Source: an uncultured Pseudogracilibacillus sp. (GTDB lineage: Bacteria > Bacillota > Bacilli > Bacillales > Amphibacillaceae). From it: DNA of 64,000 nt. The stretch covers positions 446-64,445 of the forward strand of contig CALGOZ010000115.1 in the NCBI GenBank assembly GCA_937960785.1. The letters are read 5' to 3'. A model generated the notes under the pieces. The model was given only the letters and a program-made list of their open reading frames with translations. It was not told the DNA's origin and did no database searches. This document shows, in pieces, positions 1 to 9,874 of this stretch. A program made the translations under genes and the position numbers. Every line of letters starts with the position of its first letter. The first letter of the stretch is position 1.

Positions 1-824
1 CGGAGGAAGGATATAAGTCAATTAATAATCCTTTTTCTTATCCTTTTTATTTTAAAGGGATTGAATATGCTTCATATGATCGTGAATGGATGAGACGTCT
101 CACTTTAATGATTCAAGTGTGGACGAATCAAAATAAACAAATAAAACGATACATCCCAATCGTTGACCAACCAGCAACGATCCGTTGGGTAAAGGCTTTT
201 TACCGTACGTTAAAGAAAGGTACTGACGAATATATAAAAACATTGTACGATGAACTTATTAAGCTCTTAGAGCCTTTGCCAGATAGTTATGTACAAATGT
301 TTATAAAACAACTTACGACTCCAGTACAAATTGGACTTACAAAAGAACAACTCGCCACGCTCTTTCATATGTCACCCGTTGATATACAATTACATAAAAC
401 AAATTATATTCATTACATGTTGGGGGTAATTAATCGAAATAAAAAGACGTATCCATTACTTTATACGTTCGGACAAGACTTATTTGAAAAACATCCGAGT
501 CAAACGATTACAAATTCCGCGCAAATAACGAAACGATTCGTTGAACAAGGACTTACTCCAGAGCAAATCGCTAACAAACGCCGTTTAAAAACGTCGACAA
601 TCCACGATCATCTCGTTGAAATTTCGTTGCAAGATCCATCGTTTCCGTTAGACCGCTTCATTTCTCAAAAGGAGCAAGAAGAGATAAAGCGGGCTGTAAA
701 AACTTTAAAAACTTTTAAATTAAAAGATATTAAAGATAACGTAAGCGATACGATTTCATATTTTCAAATTCGTTTAACATTAACGAGGATAAAAAATGAA
801 GAAAAAGAGGGTACCTATGAATAA
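1..824 (+). CDS. ypbB: YpbB-like helix-turn-helix protein (RecS-associated), probably 5'-truncated by the window edge
   Basis: Track ORF 90..824. The same frame (codons from base 3) reads stop-free back to the window edge, so the true start is probably upstream. It ends 8 nt inside the next gene, a RecQ-family helicase, as in the B. subtilis ypbB-recS pair. The call rests on synteny, not on a motif. Confidence 0.5.
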   Translation, partial: EEGYKSINNPFSYPFYFKGIEYASYDREWMRRLTLMIQVWTNQNKQIKRYIPIVDQPATIRWVKAFYRTLKKGTDEYIKTLYDELIKLLEPLPDSYVQMFIKQLTTPVQIGLTKEQLATLFHMSPVDIQLHKTNYIHYMLGVINRNKKTYPLLYTFGQDLFEKHPSQTITNSAQITKRFVEQGLTPEQIANKRRLKTSTIHDHLVEISLQDPSFPLDRFISQKEQEEIKRAVKTLKTFKLKDIKDNVSDTISYFQIRLTLTRIKNEEKEGTYE

Positions 825-2352
825 GCAATTAGAATCTATTTTATATACCCATTTTAATTACAAACAATTTCGTCCTGGACAAAAAGAAATTATCGAAAGC
901 GTATTACAAGGTGAAGATGTATTAGGCATTTTACCGACAGGATCTGGAAAGTCGCTATGTTATTTATTGCCAAGTATAATCCTACCTTACCCAACAATCG
1001 TCATTTCTCCGTTAATATCGTTAATGGTCGATCAAGTAAAGGAGACAAAAGCTTTTCATCTAAAAGAAGTCGTGGCCTTACATAGTATGTTAACGTTTGA
1101 AGAGCGCGAACGAATTTTGCAAAACTTACATACGTTCAAAGTAATTTATATGTCACCGGAATTACTGCAAAACGAACGAATGACTCATCTGCTTAAAAGG
1201 ATGAAAGTTAGTTTGTTTGTAATCGATGAAGCCCATTGTATTTCCCAATGGGGTTACGATTTTCGACCTGATTATCTCCGGTTAAAAGATGTAATTGACG
1301 ATTTAGGAAATCCACCGGTTTTAGCTCTATCTGGAACGATTACACCGGAGATTGAACGGGATATTCTTTTAGAACTAGACAGAAAAAAGATGCGCGTTTT
1401 GCATTACGATACAGAAAGAAAAAATATCATCTTATCAGTCGAAAGAATCGAAGGAAAAATTCGTAAAGATGAACGATTACATCAATTAGTTTCTCAATAT
1501 CATGTACCAACGATTATTTATTTTTCCAGTCGTGCTCGGGCTGAAGAAGTAGCAAAGGAATTACAACGGCTTTTTCCTGAAAAGCATATCGCTTATTATC
1601 ATGGAGAATTAGATCCCACCTCCCGCCTAAAAATACAACAGCAGTTTATTTATGATCAACTTGATATCATTTGTGCCACAAGTGCTTTTGGTATGGGAAT
1701 TAATAAACCGAATGTTCGACTCGTTATTCATTATCATTTACCTTCGCAATTAGAATCGTTTATTCAAGAAATAGGCCGGGCTGGCCGGGATGGAAAGAAA
1801 AGCCTAAGTATTCTTTTATATGAACGAGGAGATGAACATATCCCCCTCCACCTAATTGATCAAGAAGTGCCGACAGAACAGGAAGTGCGTACGTTTTTAA
1901 ACTATTTATACGTCTTAGCAAGAAATCGTCAAGTGCTTTCTACATCTGCTACACAAATAGCAACGACATTACAAATGGAAGAGATTAATGTACGACTTTT
2001 ACTTTATCAAGCCGAATACTTTAACTTAATTAAAAATTCACAAATTATTTACGATCTTGATAAGTGGGAAAACGCCCTTACACAAATCGTTTCTGAAAAT
2101 GAAGCAAGAAGAAAAAGAAAACGAGCGAAATTACAACAAATGCTCGATTATGTACATGAAGAAGATTGTTTACGAACCCAGTTATATAAGCACTTTCAAA
2201 GCTCCGTTTTGAAATTAGGGGATCAATGTTGTTCTAACTGTAGTTATAATGCTACAACAATACTGGAAAATAAAGAGAAAGTTAAACCGATACAATCGAA
2301 AAATTGGCAAAAGGAACTCGCTTACGTATTAGGAATAGGAGAATCGATATGA
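817..2352 (+). CDS. recS: RecQ-family ATP-dependent DNA helicase, short RecS/YpbC type
   Basis: Helicase motifs in the translation: LPTGSGKSLCY, VIDEAHCISQWGYDFRPDY (DEAH box), ATSAFGMGINKPNVR, QEIGRAGRDG. About 510 aa. ATG 817 (RBS aagaggg) matches the usual helicase N-terminus; ATG 796 is an alternative start. Confidence 0.85.
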   Translation: MNKQLESILYTHFNYKQFRPGQKEIIESVLQGEDVLGILPTGSGKSLCYLLPSIILPYPTIVISPLISLMVDQVKETKAFHLKEVVALHSMLTFEERERILQNLHTFKVIYMSPELLQNERMTHLLKRMKVSLFVIDEAHCISQWGYDFRPDYLRLKDVIDDLGNPPVLALSGTITPEIERDILLELDRKKMRVLHYDTERKNIILSVERIEGKIRKDERLHQLVSQYHVPTIIYFSSRARAEEVAKELQRLFPEKHIAYYHGELDPTSRLKIQQQFIYDQLDIICATSAFGMGINKPNVRLVIHYHLPSQLESFIQEIGRAGRDGKKSLSILLYERGDEHIPLHLIDQEVPTEQEVRTFLNYLYVLARNRQVLSTSATQIATTLQMEEINVRLLLYQAEYFNLIKNSQIIYDLDKWENALTQIVSENEARRKRKRAKLQQMLDYVHEEDCLRTQLYKHFQSSVLKLGDQCCSNCSYNATTILENKEKVKPIQSKNWQKELAYVLGIGESI

Positions 2353-2915
2353 AGCATCGGGAACTAATTGAAAAAATTTCCCCAAAAGAATTGAAGAAAA
2401 CTGTATATTTATCGCAATTGTTATTTTTATTCATTGGTATTGGGTTAGCCTTTGTTTTTTTCGATCGTATAGAAGCTTTCACCAGTTTATTCATTTTTGA
2501 TTTAGAGGAAATTTTTTATTACGGTGTTTTACTCGCCTTCGTATTAATAATAATAGAATTAATTTTGTATAATGCGATTGATCAGAAACATTTCGATGAT
2601 GGCGGAATTAACGAGAAGTTATTTCGTAACCAATCGGTCGGTTCAATCTTTTTTATTGCGTTAACGGTAGCGATATGTGAAGAACTATTGTTTCGAGGAG
2701 TAATTCAAACGACTTTTGGCTATTTATTTGCAAGTAGTTTGTTCGTCGTTTTACATACTCGCTATTTAAAAAAGCCGGTTCTTTTAGGCTTACTAATTGT
2801 GACTAGTTTTTTAATAGGTTTTATTTTTGAAGTGACGAGCAATTTACTCGTTACGATTACCTTTCATTTTGTCGTTGATTTCGTCCTTGGCCTTTATATA
2901 AAATTTTCGAAATGA
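2349..2915 (+). CDS. ypbD: CPBP (CAAX/Abi) family intramembrane metalloprotease
   Basis: EELLFRG motif and multiple TM helices. ATG 2349 overlaps the recS stop (ATGA). The longer track start at 2304 lies inside recS. Confidence 0.75.
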   Translation: MKHRELIEKISPKELKKTVYLSQLLFLFIGIGLAFVFFDRIEAFTSLFIFDLEEIFYYGVLLAFVLIIIELILYNAIDQKHFDDGGINEKLFRNQSVGSIFFIALTVAICEELLFRGVIQTTFGYLFASSLFVVLHTRYLKKPVLLGLLIVTSFLIGFIFEVTSNLLVTITFHFVVDFVLGLYIKFSK

Positions 2916-2925
2916 GGTGGGAGCG

Positions 2926-3249
2926 TTGAAGGAGCGAAACGAGCGTCATCAAGCCGATCAATTAATGAAGCTTTTTCAAGAGGTGGCAAATCATCAGCCG
3001 GAAGATTACGAAGAGGAAGAGGGGATAGAAGAAAAAGTAACTGAAGAACGTTCATATGAAGAATATGTCGAATTAGATTTATTAAACTTACCCCCGAGAA
3101 GAGAAGTGCATGGGCAGCGGAAAGTTCGTTATTCTTTAAGTTTTTCGAGTCCCTTTTTCCGACTATTTTTCATAATCATACTCATTGTTGTCATCGTATT
3201 TATTTTATATTATGTAGGAGTGTTACAATTTCCTTTAGCGTTCTTCTAA
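2926..3249 (+). CDS. hypothetical membrane-anchored acidic protein
   Basis: Acidic N-terminal half (EDYEEEEGIEEKVTEE), an LPPRREVH..RK segment, and one C-terminal TM helix. TTG 2926 follows a gaggtggg RBS; the track start GTG 2917 has none. No family recognised. Confidence 0.45.
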   Translation: MKERNERHQADQLMKLFQEVANHQPEDYEEEEGIEEKVTEERSYEEYVELDLLNLPPRREVHGQRKVRYSLSFSSPFFRLFFIIILIVVIVFILYYVGVLQFPLAFF

Positions 3250-3375
3250 TTAAAGTTTAACAATCATATAGTATACAAATAGATAATAGCACCATAGGTT
3301 AAAACATGATATGATAAGTATACGAATCATGGCGTATCATTTGCTTGTAAAATAGTATGATAGGAGAGTGACACC

Positions 3376-4311
3376 GTGAAAATTGCTGTCCTCTACGGTG
3401 GAGTGTCAAACGAGCGGGAAGTATCAATTTCGAGTAGTAAAGGAATTATTCAAGCGTTAAAAAATAACGGGCACGATGTCCTTAGCATCGACTTTCACCC
3501 AGATCGATTAGAAGAACTGATCCAATTAGATGTCGATTTAGTTTTTATCGGTTTACATGGTAAATATGGAGAAGATGGTTCGATCCAAGGACTTTTAGAT
3601 ATGTTAAAAATTCCTTACGTTGGTTCTGGAGTTTTAGCATCATCTTTAGCAATGGATAAGTATAAAGCTAAACAGATGTTTCAAGCTGTTGGTATTCCGA
3701 CGGCAAAGGATGAACAGTTTTACTTAACAGTCGACAGTGACCTCGATCAAGTAGTGGAAAAAATTCATTCGTCTTTCAGCTTTCCTTTTGTGATTAAACC
3801 GAATCGGGAAGGCTCGACGGTCGGATTATCCGTTGTGAAAAATGAAACAGAAACTCTTAATGCTTTAAAAAAGGCAATGGAAAATGATCCTTTTGTATTA
3901 GTCGAACAATTTATCGACGGGATGGAATTAACGGTTCCCGTCCTAGGAAGGCTCGATAAAGAACGAGCTTTACCAATTATAGAAATTGTACCGAAAAATG
4001 AAATATACGATTATGAATCTAAATATACTGAAGGGGGAAGTGAACATATTATTCCTGCTCGTATAAGCGATGAGTTAACGGAACAAATTAAACAATACGC
4101 TGTAGCTGCTCACAGAGTATTAGGTTGCAAGACGTACTCACGCGTCGACTTTTTACTAACTAATGACGGGACTCCGTACATATTAGAAGTAAATACATTA
4201 CCAGGAATGACCCCGACTAGTTTATTTCCAGATTCAGCCCAAAGTGAAAACATTACTTACGATGAAATGATTGAAATGCTCGTTCAATTATCGATTGAAG
4301 AACGGGACTAA
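3376..4311 (+). CDS. ddl: D-alanine--D-alanine ligase (short, about 310 aa form)
   Basis: N-terminus MKIAVLYGGVSNEREVS, HGKYGEDGSIQG, and ATP-grasp C-terminus ILEVNTLPGMTPTS. GTG start with an aggagag RBS. Confidence 0.85.
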   Translation: MKIAVLYGGVSNEREVSISSSKGIIQALKNNGHDVLSIDFHPDRLEELIQLDVDLVFIGLHGKYGEDGSIQGLLDMLKIPYVGSGVLASSLAMDKYKAKQMFQAVGIPTAKDEQFYLTVDSDLDQVVEKIHSSFSFPFVIKPNREGSTVGLSVVKNETETLNALKKAMENDPFVLVEQFIDGMELTVPVLGRLDKERALPIIEIVPKNEIYDYESKYTEGGSEHIIPARISDELTEQIKQYAVAAHRVLGCKTYSRVDFLLTNDGTPYILEVNTLPGMTPTSLFPDSAQSENITYDEMIEMLVQLSIEERD

Positions 4312-4391
4312 CAAATAAAAATATTCATAACTTGCATATTAAATAATGAACTTTCACATACATAGATAGGGAACAGTAGGAGGTAAAGAAA

Positions 4392-5675
4392 ATGGTAGCC
4401 GATCAATCCGGACGACAGAAACAAACAGAAGAAAGAGAAACGACGGATCTATTACAATCGACGAGAACCGTATTGAAGGATGCGTTAGACAGACTCGGAT
4501 ATCCAGAAGAGGTATACGATTTATTAAAGGATTCTTTACGGATGATTAAAGTACGTATTCCCGTCAAAATGGACGATGGTTCGGTAAAAGTGTTTACTGG
4601 ATTTCGAGCGCAACATAATGACGCTGTAGGTCCAACGAAAGGTGGCGTACGTTTTCACCCAGATGTCACAGAAGACGAAGTAAATGCCCTAGCGATTTGG
4701 ATGAGTTTACGGGCAGGGATTGTCGATTTACCATTAGGTGGCGGAAAAGGAGGAATCATTTGTGATCCTCGTGAAATGTCGTTTAGAGAATTAGAAACTT
4801 TAAGTCGTGGTTACGTCCGTGCTATAAGTCAATTTGTCGGTCCGACGAAGGATATTCCATCACCAGATATTTTTACAAATTCACAAATTATGGCCTGGAT
4901 GATGGATGAATATAGTCGTATCGATGAGTACAATAACCCTGGTTTTATTACCGGAAAGCCAATTGTTCTCGGTGGCACCCATGGACGAGAGTCTGCAACG
5001 GCAAAAGGTGTGACATTCTGTATTAAAGAAGCAGCGAAAAAGCGTGGTTTAGAAATAGAAGGATCACGGGTTGTTGTTCAAGGCTTTGGAAATGCAGGTA
5101 GTTATTTAGCGAAATTTCTCCATGAGGCAGGTGCACTCGTTGTCGGCATATCTGATGCCCACGGTGCCTTATACGATCCAGAAGGATTGGACATTAATTA
5201 CTTGTTAGATCGCCGTGATAGTTTTGGTACGGTGACAACTTTATTTAAAAACACGATTTCTAATCAGGAGTTATTAGAATTAGATTGTGATATTTTAGTA
5301 CCAGCAGCCGTCCAAAAACAAATAACTAAAGAAAACGCAGAAAAAATAAAAGCCGAAATAATCGTCGAAGCAGCAAATCGTCCCACAACAGACGAAGCGA
5401 CAGAAATATTAACGGAGCGAGGGAAATTACTCGTTCCGGATATTCTTGCATCGGCGGGAGGAGTGACGGTATCTTATTTCGAATGGGTGCAAAATAAGCA
5501 AGGATATTACTGGTCGGAAGAAGAAGTTGAAAAACGTTTATATAATGTGATGCATAAAGCGTTTGAGACGATTTACAACACTGCCCAAACCCGCAACGTA
5601 GATATGCGTGTAGCAGCTTATATGGTCGGTGTGCGGAAAATGGCGGAAGCTTCTCGTTATCGCGGTTGGGTATAA
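4392..5675 (+). CDS. gudB: NAD-specific glutamate dehydrogenase
   Basis: Glu/Leu/Phe/Val dehydrogenase active-site motif LPLGGGKGGI and dinucleotide fold QGFGNAGS. 427 aa with an aggagg RBS. Sits at the same locus position as B. subtilis gudB. Confidence 0.85.
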   Translation: MVADQSGRQKQTEERETTDLLQSTRTVLKDALDRLGYPEEVYDLLKDSLRMIKVRIPVKMDDGSVKVFTGFRAQHNDAVGPTKGGVRFHPDVTEDEVNALAIWMSLRAGIVDLPLGGGKGGIICDPREMSFRELETLSRGYVRAISQFVGPTKDIPSPDIFTNSQIMAWMMDEYSRIDEYNNPGFITGKPIVLGGTHGRESATAKGVTFCIKEAAKKRGLEIEGSRVVVQGFGNAGSYLAKFLHEAGALVVGISDAHGALYDPEGLDINYLLDRRDSFGTVTTLFKNTISNQELLELDCDILVPAAVQKQITKENAEKIKAEIIVEAANRPTTDEATEILTERGKLLVPDILASAGGVTVSYFEWVQNKQGYYWSEEEVEKRLYNVMHKAFETIYNTAQTRNVDMRVAAYMVGVRKMAEASRYRGWV

Positions 5676-5715
5676 TAATTTAAATATGTATTTAAATAAA
5701 AAGAACAAAGATTTT

Positions 5716-5753
5716 CCTCTAAAGTATCATTTTTATACTTTAGAGGTTTTTTT
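5716..5753 (+). terminator. rho-independent terminator after gudB
   Basis: 12-bp stem cctctaaagtat / atactttagagg followed by a T7 run. Confidence 0.8.
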
Positions 5754-5900
5754 GTTTAACAAAACTTGAATCATTTTCTCCATTTCTTCCTTATTTACTT
5801 TTTTCACTAGATTAAAAACTTTTTTTCCTATGAGTTCAATAATGTATAAAATAAAACTTTCGTCAAAAAATAACGTTAAACGAAAATGGAGGTAATGTTT

Positions 5901-6725
5901 ATGAATGTAAAACAATTAAGTTTACTATTTACACTATTTATTAGCATCACTTTATGTATAAATATTGTAGAAAATAAGCAAGTTAATGCCTTTACAGATC
6001 AAGTAATTCAACACGGAGCTGTCGGTGAAGATGTAATTGAATTACAAGCCCGTTTAAAACATATCGGTTTTTTCACTGGAGAAATTGATGGGGTTTTCGG
6101 TTGGCGAACGTATTGGGCATTACGACATTTCCAATATGAATTTGGCTTACCTATTGACGGTATGGCCGGAGAAAAGACGAAGGAAAAGTTAGTTAAAGCA
6201 ACGGAATATAATCCTGAAAAAGTAAAACAAGAAATGTATGGAACTGCAAGTACTCCTTCTAAACCCCAAGGTGAACAAGCGAAGGAGCAAGGGACGAAAC
6301 AAGAACAAACAGAAGGCCAAGGGCAGGGAGATGAATTACAGACTAAAAAGGTAAACGTACCCCAAGGCTTTTCACAAAACGATATTAATTTAATGGCAAA
6401 TGCAGTTTATGGAGAAGCAAGGGGTGAGCCTTACGAAGGTCAAGTAGCGGTAGCAGCAGTCATATTAAATCGAGTTCAAAGCTCGACCTTTCCGAATACA
6501 ATCTCAGGTGTCATTTTTGAACCTCGAGCTTTCACAGCTGTAGCAGACGGACAAATTTGGTTAACACCGAATGAAAAGGCAAGACAAGCCGTTCTAGATG
6601 CAATCAATGGCTGGGATCCATCAGGGAATGCCCTTTATTATTTCAACCCAGATACGGCTACAAGTGGTTGGATTTGGACAAGGCCACAAATCAAACAGAT
6701 AGGAAAGCATATATTTTGTAAATAA
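5901..6725 (+). CDS. sleB: spore cortex-lytic enzyme SleB
   Basis: Signal peptide, PG_binding_1 motif (VIELQARLKHIGFFTGEIDGVFGWRTYWALRHFQ), a Q/E/G-rich linker, and the C-terminal SleB hydrolase domain (ANAVYGEARGEPYEGQVAVAAVILNRV). ATG 5901 follows a ggagg RBS. ypeB lies downstream. Confidence 0.85.
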   Translation: MNVKQLSLLFTLFISITLCINIVENKQVNAFTDQVIQHGAVGEDVIELQARLKHIGFFTGEIDGVFGWRTYWALRHFQYEFGLPIDGMAGEKTKEKLVKATEYNPEKVKQEMYGTASTPSKPQGEQAKEQGTKQEQTEGQGQGDELQTKKVNVPQGFSQNDINLMANAVYGEARGEPYEGQVAVAAVILNRVQSSTFPNTISGVIFEPRAFTAVADGQIWLTPNEKARQAVLDAINGWDPSGNALYYFNPDTATSGWIWTRPQIKQIGKHIFCK

Positions 6726-6745
6726 GAAAGGATAGGGTTGATTAC

Positions 6746-8086
6746 ATGTTACGGACAATTACAATTATTTTTCTTTCAATTGGTCTAATCGGAACCGTTT
6801 ATTGGGGATATAAAGAACATCAAGAAAAGAATGCGTTACTAATTCATGCAGAGAACAATTACCAACGTTCTTTCCATGAATTGTCCTACCATATGGATTT
6901 ATTACATGACTCCATTGGAACGTCTTTAGCAATGAATTCAGGAGAAAAATTATCCCCCCAATTCGTTGAGATTTGGCGCATTACCTCGGATGCTTTATCA
7001 AATGTGAGTCAGTTACCGCTATCGTTAATCCCGGTCCATAAAACAGAAGAATTCCTTTCAGAGATTGGAAACTTTACCTACCGGACAGCAATTCGTAACT
7101 TAGACGATGAACCATTGAATGATGATGAAGTTGAAACTTTGTATAATCTATACGATCAAGCAGCAAATTTAAAAGACGAACTACGACAAATGCAACATGA
7201 CGTATTAAAAAATAATTTACGATGGATGGATGTAGAGCTTGCTCTAGCTACCCAAGATGAACCGAAGGACTCGACGATCATCGATGGCTTTGAAGCAGTA
7301 GAAAAATATGTGGATCAAATTTCCACAGGATCAGCTGAAGTTTCATACTTACAATCACCTAAGCAAAAAGAAGGCTATCAAGCCCTCGATGGAAAAAAGA
7401 AAACAGAAGAAGAAATTGTTAACTTTAGTAAAGAGCTTTTCGATTTAGAAGACGATATTGAAATTTCTATAAATAGAAGTGGTGATGGTGCTGATATTCC
7501 GTTTTACTCCGTGTTTTATGAAGATGGAAAGCGGGTTTATATGGACATTACAGAAAAAGGCGCACATCCAATGAATATATTAGTTGAACGAGAAATTGAA
7601 AAAGCTAAACTTTCGTTAAACGATGGATTAATCGAAGCAGAGAAATATTTGAAGGAATTCGGTTATGAGCAATTGGACTTATTACAAAGTCAGCAGTTCG
7701 GCGATGTTGGCGTGTATACATTTTTAAATACAGAAAGTGATGTACGTATATATCCAGATTCAATCGTTATGAAAGTAGCCTTAGATAACGGCGATATTGT
7801 CGGTCTAAATGCAAATGACTATTTATATAATTATCATGAACGGACTATAGAAGAGCCTAAGATCTCTGCAGAAGAAGCAAGAGAAACCGTAAATAAAGGG
7901 GTTCAAATTCATGATGAACATTTAGCAATTATTGAAAATGAATTAAATGAAGAAGTGTTAGTATATGAATTTCTCGGTGAAATGAACGATGAAACGTACC
8001 GCATTTTTATTAATGCCACAAGTGGAAACGAAGAGAAAGTAGAAAAGTTAACGAATACCGAAATGAACTTTGATATTCAAATGTAA
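6746..8086 (+). CDS. ypeB: germination protein YpeB
   Basis: 446 aa with an N-terminal TM helix, immediately downstream of sleB (the canonical sleB-ypeB pair). Confidence 0.8.
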   Translation: MLRTITIIFLSIGLIGTVYWGYKEHQEKNALLIHAENNYQRSFHELSYHMDLLHDSIGTSLAMNSGEKLSPQFVEIWRITSDALSNVSQLPLSLIPVHKTEEFLSEIGNFTYRTAIRNLDDEPLNDDEVETLYNLYDQAANLKDELRQMQHDVLKNNLRWMDVELALATQDEPKDSTIIDGFEAVEKYVDQISTGSAEVSYLQSPKQKEGYQALDGKKKTEEEIVNFSKELFDLEDDIEISINRSGDGADIPFYSVFYEDGKRVYMDITEKGAHPMNILVEREIEKAKLSLNDGLIEAEKYLKEFGYEQLDLLQSQQFGDVGVYTFLNTESDVRIYPDSIVMKVALDNGDIVGLNANDYLYNYHERTIEEPKISAEEARETVNKGVQIHDEHLAIIENELNEEVLVYEFLGEMNDETYRIFINATSGNEEKVEKLTNTEMNFDIQM

Positions 8087-8256
8087 AGTTCTTTATTAAG
8101 TTGTATAAATATGACATAATAATATGTATAATGAACCATGTAATAAGTTGTGTTTGTAATAAATGTAAATATAATTTAGCGTATCCTTTAAGTCTTTTTG
8201 AGCAGAAAGTAGTGTTAATGATACGTTAAGGGTTCTTTAACTAGGGGAGTGGGAAA

Positions 8257-8913
8257 ATGAAAGTAGGTACTTCGTTGACAATTGTGCTACAGAAGAAAGC
8301 AACTCGTAAAGAAAATGTTAAATATCGTTCTAAAGTTATCGACCGGACCAATGGTGAGCTATTGATTGATTATCCGGTTGACCCTACACTTTATGCAAAT
8401 TTACCGATAAAACCAAACGATCGCATATCGATTGAATACATTTCAAAAGGAAGTGTAAATACGTTTACAACAACGGTAAAAAGGATTGTGCAATCACCAC
8501 TCCTATCTTTCGTTATTTCAATTCCTGAGGAAGATAAAATTGAAAGAATTCAACGACGGGAATATGTTCGAGTAATGTTCGATGTCGATACGGCTATCCA
8601 TAGTCTAGATCATTCATTCACACCATTTACAACGGTAACTCGGGACATAAGCGGTGGGGGCATGTTAATTATTACGCCTCCAAATGTTGCACTAAAAGAA
8701 GGTGAAAAAGTTAAAACCTACCTTGTTTTAAAATCAAAGACAACTGATTATAAATATATTAAAACAAAAGCCGAAATTATTCGAACGATGGTTGAAAATA
8801 AAATTACCTTTACTTCTTTAAAGTTTCATTTCGATAATGAGAGAGAGCGTCAACAATTAATTGAATTTTGCTTCGCTGTTCAAAGAGAGGATTTAAAGCG
8901 ACAAATATATTAA
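8257..8913 (+). CDS. motI: PilZ-domain c-di-GMP receptor / flagellar brake protein (YpfA/MotI)
   Basis: c-di-GMP binding motifs read directly: RREYVR (RxxxR) and DISGGG (D/NxSxxG). 218 aa. Lies before cmk as ypfA does in B. subtilis. Confidence 0.8.
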   Translation: MKVGTSLTIVLQKKATRKENVKYRSKVIDRTNGELLIDYPVDPTLYANLPIKPNDRISIEYISKGSVNTFTTTVKRIVQSPLLSFVISIPEEDKIERIQRREYVRVMFDVDTAIHSLDHSFTPFTTVTRDISGGGMLIITPPNVALKEGEKVKTYLVLKSKTTDYKYIKTKAEIIRTMVENKITFTSLKFHFDNERERQQLIEFCFAVQREDLKRQIY

Positions 8914-8935
8914 AATGAATAAAATATGGTACATT

Positions 8936-8959
8936 AACTTGGCAAATGCCAAGTTTTTT
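8936..8959 (+). terminator. rho-independent terminator after motI
   Basis: 8-bp stem aacttggc / gccaagtt, loop aaat, then a T6 run. Confidence 0.7.
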
Positions 8960-9040
8960 CTTACAATTAAGTTAACGAAACATTATAACATCTATATTAA
9001 TAAGGAAGGCCCCGGGTAAACATAGTTGGAGGCAGTATAT

Positions 9041-9736
9041 ATGGTAGCAAAACAACGACTTAGAATTGCAATCGACGGCCCTGCAGCGGCGGGAAAAAGC
9101 ACGGTTGCAAAACGTTTAGCAAAAGACTTATCTTACATTTACGTAGACACGGGAGCAATGTATCGGGCTTTAACCTTACATTGTTTACGGAATAATTTAT
9201 CTTTAACAGACGAAGAAGCAGTATATAATTTATTATTAAATACGAAAATAGAGTTAAAACAGACGAACGATACTCAACGGGTCTTATTAAACGGGGAAGA
9301 TGTGACCGAAGCGATTCGTTCGAACGATGTTTCACGGAAGGTTTCGATTGTTGCTAAATTAGGAGCAATTCGCAAAGAAATGCTCGCCCGTCAACGTGAG
9401 ATGGCAAGCAATGGAAACGTAATAATGGATGGAAGGGATATAGGAACGAATGTTTTGCCCGACGCAGAGGTGAAATTTTATTTAATTGCATCGGTCGATG
9501 AACGAGCAAAACGTCGCTATGAAGAGAATATCAAAAAGGGAATCCCAACGACTTTAGAACAGCTTAAAAAAGAAATAGCTGAAAGGGATCGACGAGATAT
9601 GGAAAGGGAACATGCCCCATTAAAACGAGCAGAAGATGCCATTGCAATCGATACAACATCGCTATCGATTGAGGAAGTTGTATCACAAATGTTAAAGCAT
9701 GTGAACAAAGTACGAAATTTTCGTGAAGAGTCGTAA
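9041..9736 (+). CDS. cmk: cytidylate kinase
   Basis: P-loop IAIDGPAAAGKST and MDGRDIGT. ATG 9041 follows a ttggagg RBS; the track start TTG 9026 is less likely. Confidence 0.9.
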   Translation: MVAKQRLRIAIDGPAAAGKSTVAKRLAKDLSYIYVDTGAMYRALTLHCLRNNLSLTDEEAVYNLLLNTKIELKQTNDTQRVLLNGEDVTEAIRSNDVSRKVSIVAKLGAIRKEMLARQREMASNGNVIMDGRDIGTNVLPDAEVKFYLIASVDERAKRRYEENIKKGIPTTLEQLKKEIAERDRRDMEREHAPLKRAEDAIAIDTTSLSIEEVVSQMLKHVNKVRNFREES

Positions 9737-9874
9737 AATAATTAAAGATAACACTTGACAAATTTGCCTAATTGTTAGAAGTTATTAACATATACAATTT
9801 CATGGTATAATGACATTAATAACATTTTTATATGTAATTTGGTTTCAAATAGGTCTTAGGAGTGGTGAATACGT

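Noticed and set aside
2282-2494. 70-aa minus-strand ORF across the recS/ypbD junction
   Set aside because: It overlaps two supported plus-strand genes. It has no RBS and no motif.
3577-3586. ggttcgatcc, a tRNA T-arm-like motif
   Set aside because: It lies inside the ddl CDS, with no acceptor or anticodon arms around it. No tRNA genes were found anywhere in the window.
4662-4700. Checked gudB for the 9-bp direct repeat (VKA duplication) that makes B. subtilis 168 gudB cryptic
   Set aside because: The translation reads DVTEDEVNALAIWMS with no tandem tripeptide duplication, so the gene looks like an active allele and nothing is unusual.
6240-6350. Q/E/G/K-rich low-complexity stretch in sleB (PSKPQGEQAKEQGTKQEQTEGQGQGDELQ)
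   Set aside because: It is an ordinary flexible linker between the PG-binding and catalytic domains. There is no nucleotide-level tandem repeat.
9060-9761. Three minus-strand ORFs (91, 63 and 65 aa) inside cmk
   Set aside because: They are antisense to a clear cytidylate kinase CDS. They overlap one another, and none has a start context.
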